DNA of 64,000 bases. Source: Macrostomum lignano (taxonomy: Eukaryota). The stretch's first letter is position 1; every line of letters begins with the position of its first letter. Made by a program: the position numbers and the translations under genes. The DNA lies in the NCBI GenBank assembly GCA_002269645.1, contig NIVC01003341.1, positions 1 to 64,000 of the forward strand, written 5' to 3'. Shown in pieces: positions 1 to 14,200 of this stretch. The notes below the pieces were generated by a model. The model made no database searches, was not told where the DNA came from, and was given only the letters and a program-made list of their open reading frames with translations.

Positions 1-654
1 CCATGTGCTAGCGCGGGATTTGGATTCATCATTTTCATGACAAAACGTAAATTTCGCAAAAGGGTTACAGTTAAAATGGTTAGATTAGTAGGTACAATAA
101 TTTTGTTAAAATAATTTTGCAGGCTTTGAATTTACCTACTAATACTATTAATACCCAAAATTGTCCATGCGCTCGTTTTTTCACCACTGTTTAATTCAGC
201 AACAAACCAAGCAGTCAATCCTTATTCCACACATCTTTCGCGTTAGTGCAGTGAAAACATCAAAAGATGTGTGGATGGATAAGGTAAAGCAGTAAATGAA
301 TTCTAAGTAAATGAAATATTTATAATATTTACAGCGATTACCGCATTTATAAAGCAGAAAAATTGTTGCATATTAGTGACAGCATAAGTGTACAGTGATC
401 ACTCGCATATAACAGCTAGCGAACTTCTCACTCAATCCTCGTAGTTCATTCTTAGTAAAGCTGCTAACACTTAGTTAACACCAGCAACAAAATCATAAAA
501 TATTGTCTGTTGAATCTTCAAACCAGTCATTACCGGATGCGTCCGATGAGGAAGTGAAGCTGGATTTCGAGCAAACAGACTCCATAACTATTAATGATTT
601 TGTCTCTTTTGCAAGCGCGGATATTGGCTGATCAAAGCGAGATGATTGGCGTGA

Positions 655-3600
655 CTAAATGAGAGCTGGTCGGCTTTCAAGCTGTTTTATGTGCGTGCTG
701 TAGCCAGAATGAACCAGAGGTTTTTGGGCGTCGGATTGGCAGGCCCCCTCAGGCCCTCCTCCCTTTTCAACGGGGCCTGGGACCGTCTTTGGCGAAGCTG
801 CTGCTTCACGTTGAAGGCATTGCAGTCGACTCACAAAAATTAGCGTTAAAGTAGAGAGAAATAACAATAGAATCAAACCAGCAGCCACAAGTTGAACGAC
901 AATCAGCCTCATCCGTTCAGGACTGGGACTTGTTTGCTCTTCTTCCGCAGCCGGCTGGGCAGCCGCAAGCATCCAGTTGAGCACAGGTTGGATCGAGTCT
1001 CCGCATCTGTTTCTGGCCGCATCCGGGAAGCTGATCAGAGCCGGAAGCTGCTCACTGCAGTCCGTAAAGCTCACCAGCCCGAGTACCTCACCATCAATGG
1101 TAAGATTGACAGCTCTGAGTGAACCACAGGAAACTGAGGAGTTCGTACTCTGGACGGTATGGTTTCTGGAATTAAAGTGTAAATAGTTGTGAAATTTGAT
1201 TTAATTAGCCAGCCAATTGTTCCGACAGCAGATAAACTGCTATTCTCAAGTTAAGAAACTCACAGCTTATCAGCATCCTCGAACTCAGCTATTTTGCAGT
1301 CTTCTGCCCCGCAGTTCAGGTAGAAGACCTTCTTGGTCCTGTGCTCATAGAACAGTCCGATGCGAAGCCTCTGTGCAAGACTCAGCGGCTCCTTGCTGCG
1401 GTGCTCAGGCCGGAGCCGACGCGAGTTCGCTGGCCTGAAGCCGGTGTTCAAGTGGAGTGAAATTGTGCAAAAGTTAAGGTGTGCGGTCTACAACCCAAGG
1501 TAAACAGCGATGTTCAGTAAAGGACACTGCATGCGTTCAATAAGCTGGCAATGAAAACCATTTCTAAGTTACTGCAGGCGAGGAATTTACATCTCTCGTG
1601 CGTACTGCTCCTATTGTGGGTTTTGCGGCGGTTTAACATAACGGCTTTGTGGGCCTGAAACTTGTGAATATTATTCGATAATAATATGAAAACTATCGAT
1701 ATAAAAGTAAGTGCAGGACAACTTTATGTTTCTGATTATAGCGCTATCTGGTATCATGGGCCATATTATTGATGCTGTGTGAAGCATGCATATTGCAAAA
1801 ATTATGTAGCTTAGGCCATAGGAGCTTGGGGTATGAGATGCAACAGCAAATAAAACGAAGCAGGTTTGTAACTTGAAAACTTTATTGAAATACGAGCGAA
1901 TTTGGAAATGCAGTTTTTAATTTGCATTAATTATTATTAATTAATTTGAAAATTCGCCAATTAATTCGGCTTAAATTACCTACAGAGTGTGATTAAACCT
2001 TTTAATCATTGTCTTGATTATGATTGGCAATCTGGTGAAAAAATTTTTTTTTCAGTGGCGAAAATGAGCATTTTTGAGCAATTGTTCAAATTTGATGCAT
2101 ACGCTCGTACACCGCAGCACAATTATCAAGGCAAAACTTCTGGCAACGCATGCATTCTTTCTTTACCTGCGCTGTTACGTTGTAATAAGCTTTAAATATT
2201 GATTTGGTACTGACATGGCGGGTACAAGACCTGAATTTACCAGTTTTCTTGACCCGAAATGTTACTGTACTCTAAAATTTGGTGATAGACTTCAAGTTGA
2301 TTCAATGCAAGCTGCACGCCACAGACATTAACCGTAGGAATACCTCAGGGAATTTCTCAGTTAAAATTTCTCAGGGAAAGGCTCATTTGCACTCATTCTC
2401 AGGAGCCATTAAATTCAATAGCTAATGTGCAATGGAATATAGAATTTTACTTCATTTGATTGCAATTTAAATAAGCTTTTGTAGTGTAATTTAAGGTGCT
2501 ATTTCTAAGATGGCTTTGTTTTTATCCCTAATCCATTCCTGACATGCATGTAGTATATTGAGGGAAGTTCACTAACACAGCAGCACTCAGCCCTGTTTTA
2601 AGATATATAGTCTTCATGTACTAGTAATTCGTACATTATTGTTTCATTTCGCTAAGTGTTTTAAAGCCACCGGTTCACTCCAGCTTACTCTCTTGACGAA
2701 GTTCTGCAGAGCCGCGGAGCTGTTGAAGCTGGCGAGCCTCATGACTCCGCTGTCAGCGCTCATCGCAGCGAGCTCAGCAGTCAGGGACCGACGAACCGAT
2801 CCAGTGGTGTAGCAGCTGCTCTCAAAATTAGTCACATTTCTGCCGCAGAATCCCGGCTCCATCAGCCGAATTCTCAGAGTCGGGATATTCGCTGAGCTTT
2901 TCCGATTCAGCCGGAATGAGACCGTCAGGTAGCTCCTACAGTTTTTATGTAGAGTGCAGTGGTTGAGTTCAATTACAGAATTATAGATCTCAGAGAATTG
3001 GCCAGCTCTATCGTACCCTTTGGTCAGTTGCAGCACGCGCAGCATCTCCAGTTCCACTGGCTTTGGCTCGCTTGTTGAAGGCGACGAGCAAGTGGCTGGA
3101 AATGCATTGGGATTTTTATTAGCAGGGTGAGAATGAAAGCATTTGCTGTTTTTATTAAGTACCAGCTAGCATGGGTCAAAAACTACTGACTGCTTGTTTA
3201 CGGTAATGGTTAGAACTGGAAATCGAAACCAATACTACATGTACGAGTATAATAGCAAGTTTAACTGTGCTCAAAGTTCTGCTTACAGTCCGAAGCCTTC
3301 GAGTGCAGTTCGTATCGCATCGGTTGCTGTGCAGCTGAATCTACAGATCTTGCCCACCTCCGCTTGCTTTGGTGAGGCGCCGTGTCAAAGCCAGTCAGAA
3401 CCACAACGGCTTTGTCAAGGTGGTCAGTCAGAATCTTCCATTTGCAGTTGAGCCCTTCCTCAGGCACAGGGTCCGCGTCAGTTTTAGGGATGATTCGATC
3501 CTCAATGAACTCGAGTTTTTTGCTGAGCTGGAACTCATTGATGTTGCCACGCGGATAGCAGTACCGGTTGCCAGCGAGAACTCTGGGAGAAGAATAGAAA

Positions 3601-4312
3601 AGTAGCTTTGCTGTTGTAAAATAGATATTGTAGTTTAAAACTACGGAAGGGTCACTCCCCTTTGTTAAAAAATCGGACTTGTTAGGATATTGTGGGAGAA
3701 TTGTTTCAATGAGGTAATTTATTGGTTCGTCGGTTCAGTTATTAATCGCACACTGACCAGAAACCAATAAATATCTGTACTCTACGCATTGGAGTAAGGA
3801 CGCGCGATCGATTTAGCGATAAAATTAATATTTTTACCAATTTCAAAACGATAAAGAGATGAGTTCTTACTGTCCTACTGATAGTAGAAACACAAGAAAT
3901 GGCGTGCAAAAAGACTTGCTGTTTTGCAGCTACAGTATTAAGATATAGGCCTAATCAAATTAAAATTCATACACTGCAAGCACCATTCTCGTTAAGGACA
4001 GCCCTCCAAAGAACTGTGCAGCAAGGACAGCCTCACAAAGGACAGCCTCCAAACGAACGAACGACTGCGCTCCAACAGTATGACACCCCCACCAATCAGT
4101 ATTATGCCCCAAGCATGGCGCCCCATGCAGTGTGACATCCAAAAGCATTCAACCCACCCTAAGCAAAAAACCTGATTCCGCTCAGAAATCCCAGTTGTGG
4201 CTAATTTGGTGCAAGAAATTAAGCTGCGCATCACTCACAGTTGCAGTGCAGCAGACAGCAGCAGAAGAGTCGCCAGGCTTCTGCCAATCGCTATCTGCAG
4301 ATTCAGTCGCAT
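655..4312 (-). CDS. CUB-like + C-type-lectin-like type I membrane protein, copy 1 (frameshifted as assembled)
   Basis: Exons 4312-4239, 3582-3287, 3095-3017, 2935-2689, 1434-1264, 1114-655 with GT-AG ends. Signal peptide MRLNLQIAIGRSLATLLLLSAALQL; CUB-like NCKWKI...GSYLTVSF; CTLD-like CGRNVTNFESSCY...LASFNS...FTDCSEQLP; TM LIVVQLVAAGLILLLFLSTLTLIFV. Exons 4 and 5 are each 1 nt shorter than in copy 2, giving a premature stop. Confidence 0.7.
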
Positions 4313-4981
4313 GTCGCTCACTTCCGGCATCTAAAAATCCCGATTAGGGTTAGATGCAGTATGTAGACTCTGTTTCTTTCTGCATCAGGATTTATAGGGA
4401 GGCTTGAAACTGCCCAAAAGAAATTTGCATTAAAATCAAAGTACTTTTACGTGAGGTATATTAGTGCTCGTATTTATTAATTGGACTAAATTTCCAAGAT
4501 TTTTGTGTAATGCATTGCACCAACTGTAAAATTCGCTGGGTGGGGTCACCTACCTAACTATGGTCCCCCCAATCATAAGTACATGAATACATGTACTACT
4601 AACTTTTGCACTCTGATTTATGTCCTCGTACCGAATGTACATGTAGGGACAATTACATGACTCTAGTCCAGTTTTAAACTCCAGGAACTCTAGCTGCAAG
4701 CAATAAAGTACGTATGGATTTTTTATCAGTATGAAATTCTTGAATTGTGAAAGAGAGAACAAAAATTTTAATTGGGGTCAGACAAAAAGCGCCAGTTCAA
4801 TTGCTTGGAATAAGTTGTTGGGCTGAGCCACGCGGTAGCCCCGCTAGGCACCCCCTTTAAACAACAAAAATTTTTGACTAAATTTTGCAGAGGCTAAAAA
4901 CTTCTTTTGTACGTTCGTAATACGCTTAATTTTAATTTCGATCTAGCGAAATTTTAACCTTATGAAGTCTCTTGCTAGAGT

Positions 4982-5294
4982 TCAGTTACGGCGCAGGGGG
5001 GAGGGGGCAGGGGGGGCAACTGCCCCCGGGTGACCACAGGTCACTGTCTCAAGGGGGGGGGTGACGACCCCACCATCCCCACGGCCCTAGAAAAGACCCT
5101 AGGAATGGAGGGAGATGGTCACCCCTGTAATGCAACTTGCATCAATGATTAAAAATGCATTTTTATAAGAATTTTCGTGTTGTAAATTCGTTTTGTAAGA
5201 AGTGTGACCGCCTTGTAAGGGTAAGGGTTTAATTGTAAAGGGGTGACCACCTAACTACTGCCCCCCCCCAACCAGAGATACTGCGCTACCACTG
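4982..5294. mobile_element. Probable hAT-like MITE
   Basis: Imperfect TIR cagttacggcgcag / ctgcgctaccactg with G/C-run subterminal motifs; no clean TSD. Confidence 0.45.
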
Positions 5295-6197
5295 CTTAAG
5301 CTTTCAATGTTCTAAAATTTCAACCCTGTAAAGTTTCGACCTATAGTGAGATAATTTACTTTTCGACGTTGTGAAATTTCGACGTTGTGAAATTTCGACC
5401 TTGTGAAAGCACCCCCCCTTACAGTGCACGTCTGGCACAAACCCGCGTAAACAGCCCTAGGCTCGTTCTCTTGAGGTTTTCTTTCGTGCAACAGAACAAT
5501 ATAACAGTATGCATGTATAATTACGAGTATATAAAAAATCTATTTTGAAACGTCATCTGATTTCCAAATGTGTTTGTTCGATTATATTGCATGTATCATC
5601 GAAGATGCTGCCGCAACGCAATAATGGTTTGCTGACATCGGTCTGACGCTCGTAGTTCGTCACATTGCTGTACGACGAACTCCATCGATTGTTTTTAAAT
5701 TAAAAAACAAAAAAAATTTTTTACGATAACGAGTAAATTTAAAAAAATAAAACCAACTTATAAATGTATTTATTGCGCAAAAACCTAGCTCATATAAGTT
5801 TTCTAAGTTAAGCGCAGATACCGCTACCAGGTTTTCCACGAAAATTCCAAACAGGGATTTTAATATATTTATTTGACTTAAAATGAAATGTACGAGTAGC
5901 AGCTAGCAAGTAATCATGGTTCACTCGACCATAATTATACTTGAATGCTTGCTATACTCTAATGACCCGAGTAGTTACATGAATGAGCATGATATATCAT
6001 ATATTACAGTGAAAATCCATCCGCGCATCCATCGAATTCAGCAATACGATATATGTACGAGCATGTACTGTATATAGCCCAATATGCAAGGCCTCGCGAA
6101 CAAAAAACTGTTAGTTTAATTACGTAAAATATAAAATCTAGGAGCTTAGAAAAACTTTTGACATTCTTTACTCATACTGTAGCTATCTTATCTAGCT

Positions 6198-6377
6198 CAG
6201 TTGCGGATCCAGAAATTTTTGTACGGGGGGCGCAGACTACTAAGGTGCATGTTTGTGCATATCATTTACACGTATATGTAGCTACCTGAAAATGTGTACT
6301 TTTCATATAAAAAAATAAAAAATCAAACTCGACGGGAGGGCCGCGCGCCCTGTAAATCCCCTCTAAATCCGCTACTG
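6198..6377. mobile_element. Probable hAT-like MITE
   Basis: Imperfect TIR cagttgcggatccag / ctaaatccgctactg; flanks atctagct and attctaac only loosely resemble a TSD. Confidence 0.45.
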
Positions 6378-7257
6378 ATTCTAACTTAACAAAAAAGGAC
6401 TCTTTAACATGGCCATCAAATTATGCTCAAATTTCTTGAAAACTATGGTAACCAAATGTGCTCACTCACTGTCCATGTGGACACATACTCACCAAGAGAT
6501 GTTGGCCAATTTACAACTTCTTGTAGACTTTATGAGAAATCTTACGAAGTAGAAAAGCCATGATTTTACAGGCGAAGCTGAGGAAACCCTGTGGCAGATC
6601 CAAGTAAAATCCAAGTAAAACCCACGGCTTTTCCGCGGCAAATTTTCTCTTAAGCAGTTGGAGTTTGCCCTTTTTTCAAGTACAACTAAAAGGCAATTCC
6701 ATGGCTCTTCCATGGAAATTCAGTCAGTAGAATTGTTTAAATAGAGTTGGAGTGTGGGTGTATGCGTGCGTTGTTGCCGCCCTTTACATCACCATTGTAC
6801 GTAGCATGCGAGGAAAGAGAAGCAGAGGACGCACGCTTGATCTGTACTGTGCATGCGCTTTCAGACCAAGCATGCACTGTTCTCTGTACGCCGCCTAACG
6901 CTGTACAAAAAGGGAACTTTAGTTTTTCTGTGAACTTTAGAGTTCTTTATTTATTGTTCAAAGTTCAAAGCCCAAAGGCAAAGCAGTCAACTGCAGGGAA
7001 TGATTACAAGCATGTGACATTGGGTCTGGCGGATGTCATTGTCGTCAAAGTTAAGAGACTAAAATTGTCTTTATGGACTCTGTCCGGATTCACAACGGTT
7101 TTCAGAATATTTATGAATTCTTCTTTTAGTTTAGTTCAACAACTGCGAGCTGTGCGAGCTAAAAGTACTGTGGGGCAGAAACAGCTTGAATATAAGTTTC
7201 GTCGCTCTCATTTGGTCTTTTTAGTGGAGAACTTTAGCTAGAACTTTAGGGTAGGTT

Positions 7258-7485
7258 TTACATTTTCTCGATTCTACATTCCCCAGATTTCATATCTCCC
7301 AGATTTCACATTCCCCCAGATTTTACATTCCCTCAGAGTTTATACCCCCCCAGATTTTAAATTTCTCAGATTTCACATTCCCCAGGTTTTGCTTTCCTCC
7401 ATGTTTCACGTTCCTAAGATTTCACATTCCCCAGATTTTACATTTCCCAGATTTCACAATTCCAAATTATAAATTCCCAGATTTC
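7258..7485 (+). repeat. Degenerate ~17-19 bp cagatttcacattccc minisatellite
   Basis: Repeated motif; related tracts at ~9700-9830 and ~17085-17410. Confidence 0.8.
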
Positions 7486-10400
7486 CTCGGCGTCGCAAGG
7501 AAAACAGCAAGATACGCTGACAGTCCTTTGACATTAGCGGTACAAGTCGCAAAGGAAGGCCACGTCGCCGACCGAATTCAGGGCGCCAGCGTCAGCCAGC
7601 AGGCTGGAGACAAGGCGCAAACCCGCGATACGTGGCCTGCCTGCTTGTGCGAGCTGGACGCCGCCCGCACCCAGAAGCTATTTTTAGCAACACATCTGAA
7701 GAGAGCCATCTGCATGTGCAAGTACAAGGGAATTCTCTGTTCTGTGCTGAACGCTCCTTTATTTCTAAAAGTCATTACTCTCATTAACAAGTTTTTTTTC
7801 TCGTATCTTCTGCTTGCATGGCAGAAAGACTTTCAAACACACTGGCCTGTAAAGGCCCTATTATGAGTGCGAGGCTCACATCTCAGAATTTGCAGTACCG
7901 AATATTTTTAAGGCAGTGTATTTGATCTAGTCAACAAGAACGCATAGGTTCATGTACGAGTACATGTATAATGCAAAAAATGTATAGTTTTAGCGGGGTA
8001 GGTTTAGCGCTCACGCAGTTTCTCTCTGTGCCGTCGTTAGGAAACGGTCAACCCCCAAACCCAACGCATTTTCCTGCAAGTTTTCTGTATCACACGTTCG
8101 CAAGCTGCTGGCTGGCTTGCGGAAACCTAAGCGCTTCTCCAGTGCTCGCTTTTCCAGTGCTTACAATTATTAAAAATTAACAAACCTGAAAATGATATCG
8201 CAAACAAGTTTTGAAACGAGGTACTTAGTTAATTGTCTCTTACTAATCTGAGGGTTAAATGATCAGGCCGTGGCTAGGGAGGGGGCCAAGAAGACCCGGC
8301 CCTCCAAAAAGGCTGTCAAAAATAATGGCTGATTTCCCGCTGACTTGGCGCCCCTTCAAAGCAGGTTTGACGCCTCTGATCTCAATTCTAGCAGTTCTCC
8401 AACAGCCACTTTGGCTACTTTGGCCTCATCAGCAGCCCCTTGGCGCCACTTTGTGCTGGCGCGTCTCCATGGCGCTGGCGCCTCTTGCTATGGCGCCACT
8501 TGCCAAGACGCAGCCCCCAATAAAAGCCTCAGCTGCAAACCCTGTTATGATAAACTCCATACCAGGTGTGGTAATTCCAAGACTGAACGATAAAATATTG
8601 CTAATTTTGCTTATATTGCTAATCGTACGTCGGATTTTGACTCGCACTGGGTAGAGAGACAACTTCAAGACACTTGTACAAAGAATTGAAGCGTGAACAT
8701 GAACTAGCTCGTACAGCTATATTTAATACTCTATCGTCTAAATGTTAAAAAGGTTAAAATGGTAAAACGTTACCGCTCGTTGTGGGACGATGTCGTCAAA
8801 AGCGTTGCGCCGGTAGGCTACTCGTACCTTAGAAGAATGCAAGCACTAAACAATAGTTAGACAATTCCGAATTAATAAATTGAATTTAGTAACCACTGCC
8901 TTCATTTGAGATGCTTCAAGAACTGTGCCACAACTAAAGTAGACCAGGTTTTTCTTAAATATGACGGAGCTTATATTTATGCAAAAAACCAGTCGATCAT
9001 TTCCATCAGCTTTTCAATCTTACAGCTAGATGTAAAATGAGACATGAAATCTGGCTGGCTTCGGGAACGCAACTATTTCTCTTTGATTACCTTATATCAT
9101 CGGTCTCTTAAAATATAAATGTAGTTTTCCTATTGCATACTTTCTAGATTATTAACGTTCAACTCTCTGCTTACCTTAGCTATCGATCACGTAGTCATCT
9201 GATTGTTTAATTCCTGAATTACTTCATTTTTTGCAGGTGTTTTCAGGATGCTTGTACACTCGTGTAAAGCAGTCTACCACTATCCCACACTTATTTCACG
9301 GTAGTGCAAAGATAGTGACGGGTAGATAAAATAACCCACGTGACAAAACACTCACTCCGGGATGGAATTTGCACATAGGGTGAATGCACAATTAAGAGAA
9401 ACTGTGGAATAATGGTCAAAAGTACTTGCTACTGGGCCTGGAAGACAGTATGAAATTCTGATCGGGCAACACTGTGCCCCGCAGAAGCTCAGACAGCCGT
9501 CTCTATGTACCAACGACGTAAATGAAAGTAACAAAGCAGTAAATGAATTCTAAATATTATAAATGAAATGTAAAGAAAATTTATATATGAGATAGACATT
9601 ACAATGTCTTTGTATCTTTGGTGGAAAATTTAGCTAAAACTTTGGGGCACGTTCACAAGCCTTCCAGTTTCTTCAGATTCTACATTAACAAGATTATGTT
9701 CCTTACATTTTTCAATCCCAAAATTCCCAATCCCAATCCCACTCTCAAGATTCACTTTCTTCTGATTTTACATTCCCGAGAGTTCACATTCCCCAGATTT
9801 CCCATTCCTTGTCTTTCACATTTCTCAGATTTCGCCAGCCTCATGTATGTATCGCGGGTTCGCACCTAGCCTGGATTGCCTGGATTGCCCAGCAAGATTT
9901 TTCAAACTTTATATGCATTTTCCAAGCAGGAGAACACTAATAATTTGGCTCCGGTCGTGGGGAGTCACTCAGACGGAATTTGTCGCACTCTCGAAAATGC
10001 CCGTCGTGCAGGTAAAAGCCTTTGGTTTTCTATTCCTTAAAAACATAAATTAATACTCGCAGCTTTTCTTGCCAGCTTGATGCTGCCTTCAGGACATGTA
10101 CAGTACATAAGTATACAATATTACAATTATGACATGGTAATTTCAGTCGGTTGGTTATGACATTCCGAATTCGTAAAATCAATGCAGCAGCTACAGCCTT
10201 AATTTGAGATGCTTTAACAACTGCGTCACATCTTAAAGGTTTATGCAAATATGCCTATATTTATGCAAATAATCAACTTTTCACTACAGAATTTTTACAA
10301 TCTTACAGCTGCATCATTATTAAGTTCCATAATTATTCTTCTTCCTCATTTTTGTTGTATTTATTTTTATTTAATTTAGGCATTAATTTAAGGAAGTTTT

Positions 10401-11284
10401 TCGATTGCCTACTTTCTAGATTATTCTTGAAAGTATCTCTCTGACTACCTTAATCATCATTCACTTAGTTATCAACTTGCATAGTTCTTAAATAACTTCA
10501 TGTCTGCTGGATTCTTCAAGTGACAGGTTAATCAACATTTTTAATAAATTTTATTGCTATGTGCATCAATATACGCTCGTAAATTTACACTTTCGTAACA
10601 AACGTAAACTTCGCAGATCTGTCACAGAAAGAATGGCTAGGTTAGTAGGTAAAATGTTAAACAATGGCCAAAATTGTCCATGCGCTCGTTTTTTCACCAC
10701 TGTTTAATTCAGCAACAAACCAAGCAGTCAATCCTTATTCCACACATCTTTCGCGTTAGTGCAGTGAAAACATCAAAAGATGTGTGGATGGATAAGGTAA
10801 AGCAGTAAATGAATTCTAAGTAAATGAAATATTTATAATATTTACAGCGATTACCGCATTTATAAAGCAGAAAAATTGTTGCATAATAGTGACAGCATAA
10901 GTGTACAGTGATCACTCGCATATAACAGCTAGCGAACTTCTCACTCAATCCTCGTAGTTCATTCTTAGTAAAGCTGCTAACACTTATTTAACACCAGCAA
11001 CAAAATCATAAAATATTGTCTGTTGAATCTTCAAACCAGTCATTTACCGGATGCATCCGATGAGGAAGTGAAACTGGATTTCGGGTAAACAGACTATGAA
11101 TAACTTGGTCTCTTTTGCAAGCGCGGATATTGGCTGATCAAAACGAGATGATTAGCGTGACTAAATGAGAGCTGGTAGGCTTTCAAGCTGTTTTATGTGC
11201 GTGCTGTAGCCTTTGTCAGGCTACCAGGGAAAGGTGATGGGTGTTGCGTAACTCCATCCACATTTTAGCATTCAGCTGCGACGT

Positions 11285-14200
11285 CTAAGGCGCAGAATGA
11301 ACCAGAGGTTTTTGGGCGTCGGATTGGCAGGCCCCCTCAGGCCCTCCTCCTTTTTCAACGGGGCTTGGGACCGTCTTTGGCGAAGCTGCTGCTTCACGTT
11401 GAAGGCATTGCAGTTGTTTCATAAAAATTAGCGTTAAAGTAGAGAGAAATAACAATAGAATCAAACCAGCAGCCACAAATTGAACCATAATCAGCCTCAT
11501 CCGTTCAGGACTGGGACTTGTTTGCTCTTCTTCCGCAGCCGGCTGGGCAGCCGCAAGCATCCAGTTGAGCACAGGTTGGCTCGAGTCTCCGCATCTGTTT
11601 CTGGCCGCATCCGGGAAGCTGATCAGAGCCGGAAGCTGCTCACTGCAGTCCGTAAAGCTCACCAGCCCGAGTACCTCACCATCAATGGTAAGATTGACAG
11701 CTCTGAGTGAACCACAGGAAACTGAGGAGTTCGTACTCTGGACGGTATGGTTTCTGGAATTAAAGTGTAAATAGTTGTGAAATTTGATTTAATTAGCGAG
11801 CCAATTGTTCTGACAGCAGATAAACTGCTATTCTCAAGTTAAGAAACTCACAGCTTATCAGCATCCTCGAACTCAGCCATTTTGCAGCCTTCTGCCCCGC
11901 AGTTCAGGTAGAAGACTTTCTTGGTCCTGTGCTCATAGAACAGTCCGATGCGAAGCCTCTGTGCGAGATTCAGCGGCTCCTTGATGCGGGTGCTCAGGCC
12001 GGAGCCGACGCGAGTTCGCTGGCCTGAAGCCGGTGTTCAAGGGGAGTGAAATTGTGCAAAAGTTAAGGTGTGCGGTCTACAACCCAAGGTAAACAGCGAT
12101 GTTCAGTAAAGGACACTGCATGCGTTCAATAAGCTGGCAACGAAAGCCATTTCTAAGTTACTGCAGGCGTGGAATTTACCGGTACATCTCTCGTGCGTTA
12201 CTGCTCCTATTGTGGGTTTTGCGGCGGTTTGACATAACGGCTTTGTGGGCCTGAAACTTGTGAATATTATTCGATAATAATATGAAAACTATCGATATAA
12301 AAGTAAGTGCAGGACAACTTTATGTTTCTGATTATGGCGCTATCTGGTATCATGGGCCATATTATTGATGCTGTTTGAAGCATGCATATTGCAAAAATTA
12401 TGTAACTTAGGCCTTAGGAGCTTGGGGTATGAGATGCAACAGCAAATAAAACGACGGTTTTTAACTTGAAAACTTTATTGAAATAAGAGCGTATTTGGAA
12501 ATGCAGTTTTTAATTTGCATTAATTATTCTTTATTAATTTGAAAATTCGCCAATTAATTCGGCTTAAATTACCTACAGAGTGTGATTAAACCTCTTAATC
12601 ATTGTCTTGATTATGATTGGCAATCTGGTGACAAAGTTTTTTTCAGTGGCGAAAATGAGCATTTTTGAGCAATTGTTCAAATCTGATGGATACACAGCAG
12701 CACTTTATGCCATGCACTTGTCAAGGCAAAACTTTAGGCTACACATGCATTCTTTCTTACCTGCGCTGTTACGTTGTGATTAGCTTTTAATATTGGTTTG
12801 GTATTGATATGACGGGTACAAGACATGAATTTACCAGCTTTCTTGACCAGAAATTTTTCCGTACTCTAAAATTTGGTGATAGACTTCAAGTTGATTCAAT
12901 GCAAGCTGTAAGCACGGACATTAACCGTCGGAATACCTCAGGGAATTTCTCAGGGAAAGGCTCATTCGCACTCATACTCAGGGGCCATTAAATTCAATAG
13001 CAAAGGAATAAAGTATTTTACTTAATTTGATTGCAATTTAAATAAACTTTTTATAGTGTCATTTATTGTGCTATTGCAGGGATGGCTTTGTTTTTATCCC
13101 TAATCCATTCCTGACATAATATATTGAGGGAAATTCACTAACATAGCAGTACTCATCCCTGTTTTAAGATGTATAGTCTTTATTTACTTGTAATTCGTAC
13201 ATTTTTTTTCGTTCCGCTAAGTGTTTAAAAAGCCACCGGCTCACTCCAGCTTACTCTCTTTGACGAAGTTCTGCAGAGCCGCGGAGCTGTTGAAGCTGGC
13301 GAGCCTCATGACTCCGCTGTCAGCGCTCATCGCAGCCAGCTCAGCAGTCAGGTTCCGACGAACCGATCCAGTGGTGTAGCAGTTGCTCTCAAAATTAGTC
13401 ATGCTTCTGCCGCAGAATCCCGGCTCCATCAGGCGAATTTGTAGACCCGGGATATTCGCTGAGCTTCTCCGATTCAGCCAGAATGAGACCGTCAGGTAGC
13501 TCCTGCAGTTTTATGTAGAGTGCACTGATTAGTTTCGAGTAAGAAATTGATTTAATAAAATTGTTTTCAGAAACGGACCAGCTCTATCGTACCCTTTCGT
13601 CAGTTGCAGCACGCGCAGCATCTCCAGCTCCACTGGCTTTGGCTCGCTTGTTGAAGGCGACGAGCAAGTCGCTGTATATGCATTGGGATTTGTGTTGGCA
13701 GGGTAAGAATGAATGCATTTGGCTGGTTTTATAGAGCACAAGCTAGCAGTCAGCAGCATGGGACAAAAACCACTAACTGCTCGTTCACAGATATGGTTAG
13801 AACTGGAAGTTGAAAATCAATAATTTAACTACATATTTAACTGTGCTCAGAGCGCTCTGCTTACAGTCCGAAGCCTTCGAGTGCAGTTCGTATCGCATCA
13901 GTTGATGCTGTTCTGCTGAATCCACAGATCGTGTCCACCTCTGCTGTTTAACGTGAGCCTCCGTGTCAAAGCCAGTCAGAACCACAACGGCATTGCCAAG
14001 ATGGTCGGTCAGAATCTTCCATTTGCAGTTGAGCCCTTCCTCAGGCACAGGGTCCGCGTCAGTTTTAGGAATGATTCGATCTTCAGTGAACTCAAGGCTG
14101 AGCTGGAACTCATTGGTGTTGCCACGCGGATAGCAGTACTGGTTGCCTGCCAGAGCTCTGAAGAAGAATGGGCGGGACAGTAGATTTGGTGTGGTAAATT

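Larger units (their letters stand above)
30..7860 (+). repeat. Segmental tandem duplication, unit 1
   Basis: Blocks ~135-3600, ~4150-4345 and ~6395-7860 match ~10640-14180, ~15455-15630 and ~16195-17800; high but imperfect identity, with different inserts. Confidence 0.9.

Noticed and set aside
9352-9534. Isolated Cys-rich candidate exon with AG/GT ends
   Set aside because: No in-phase partner exons and absent from the duplicated copies.
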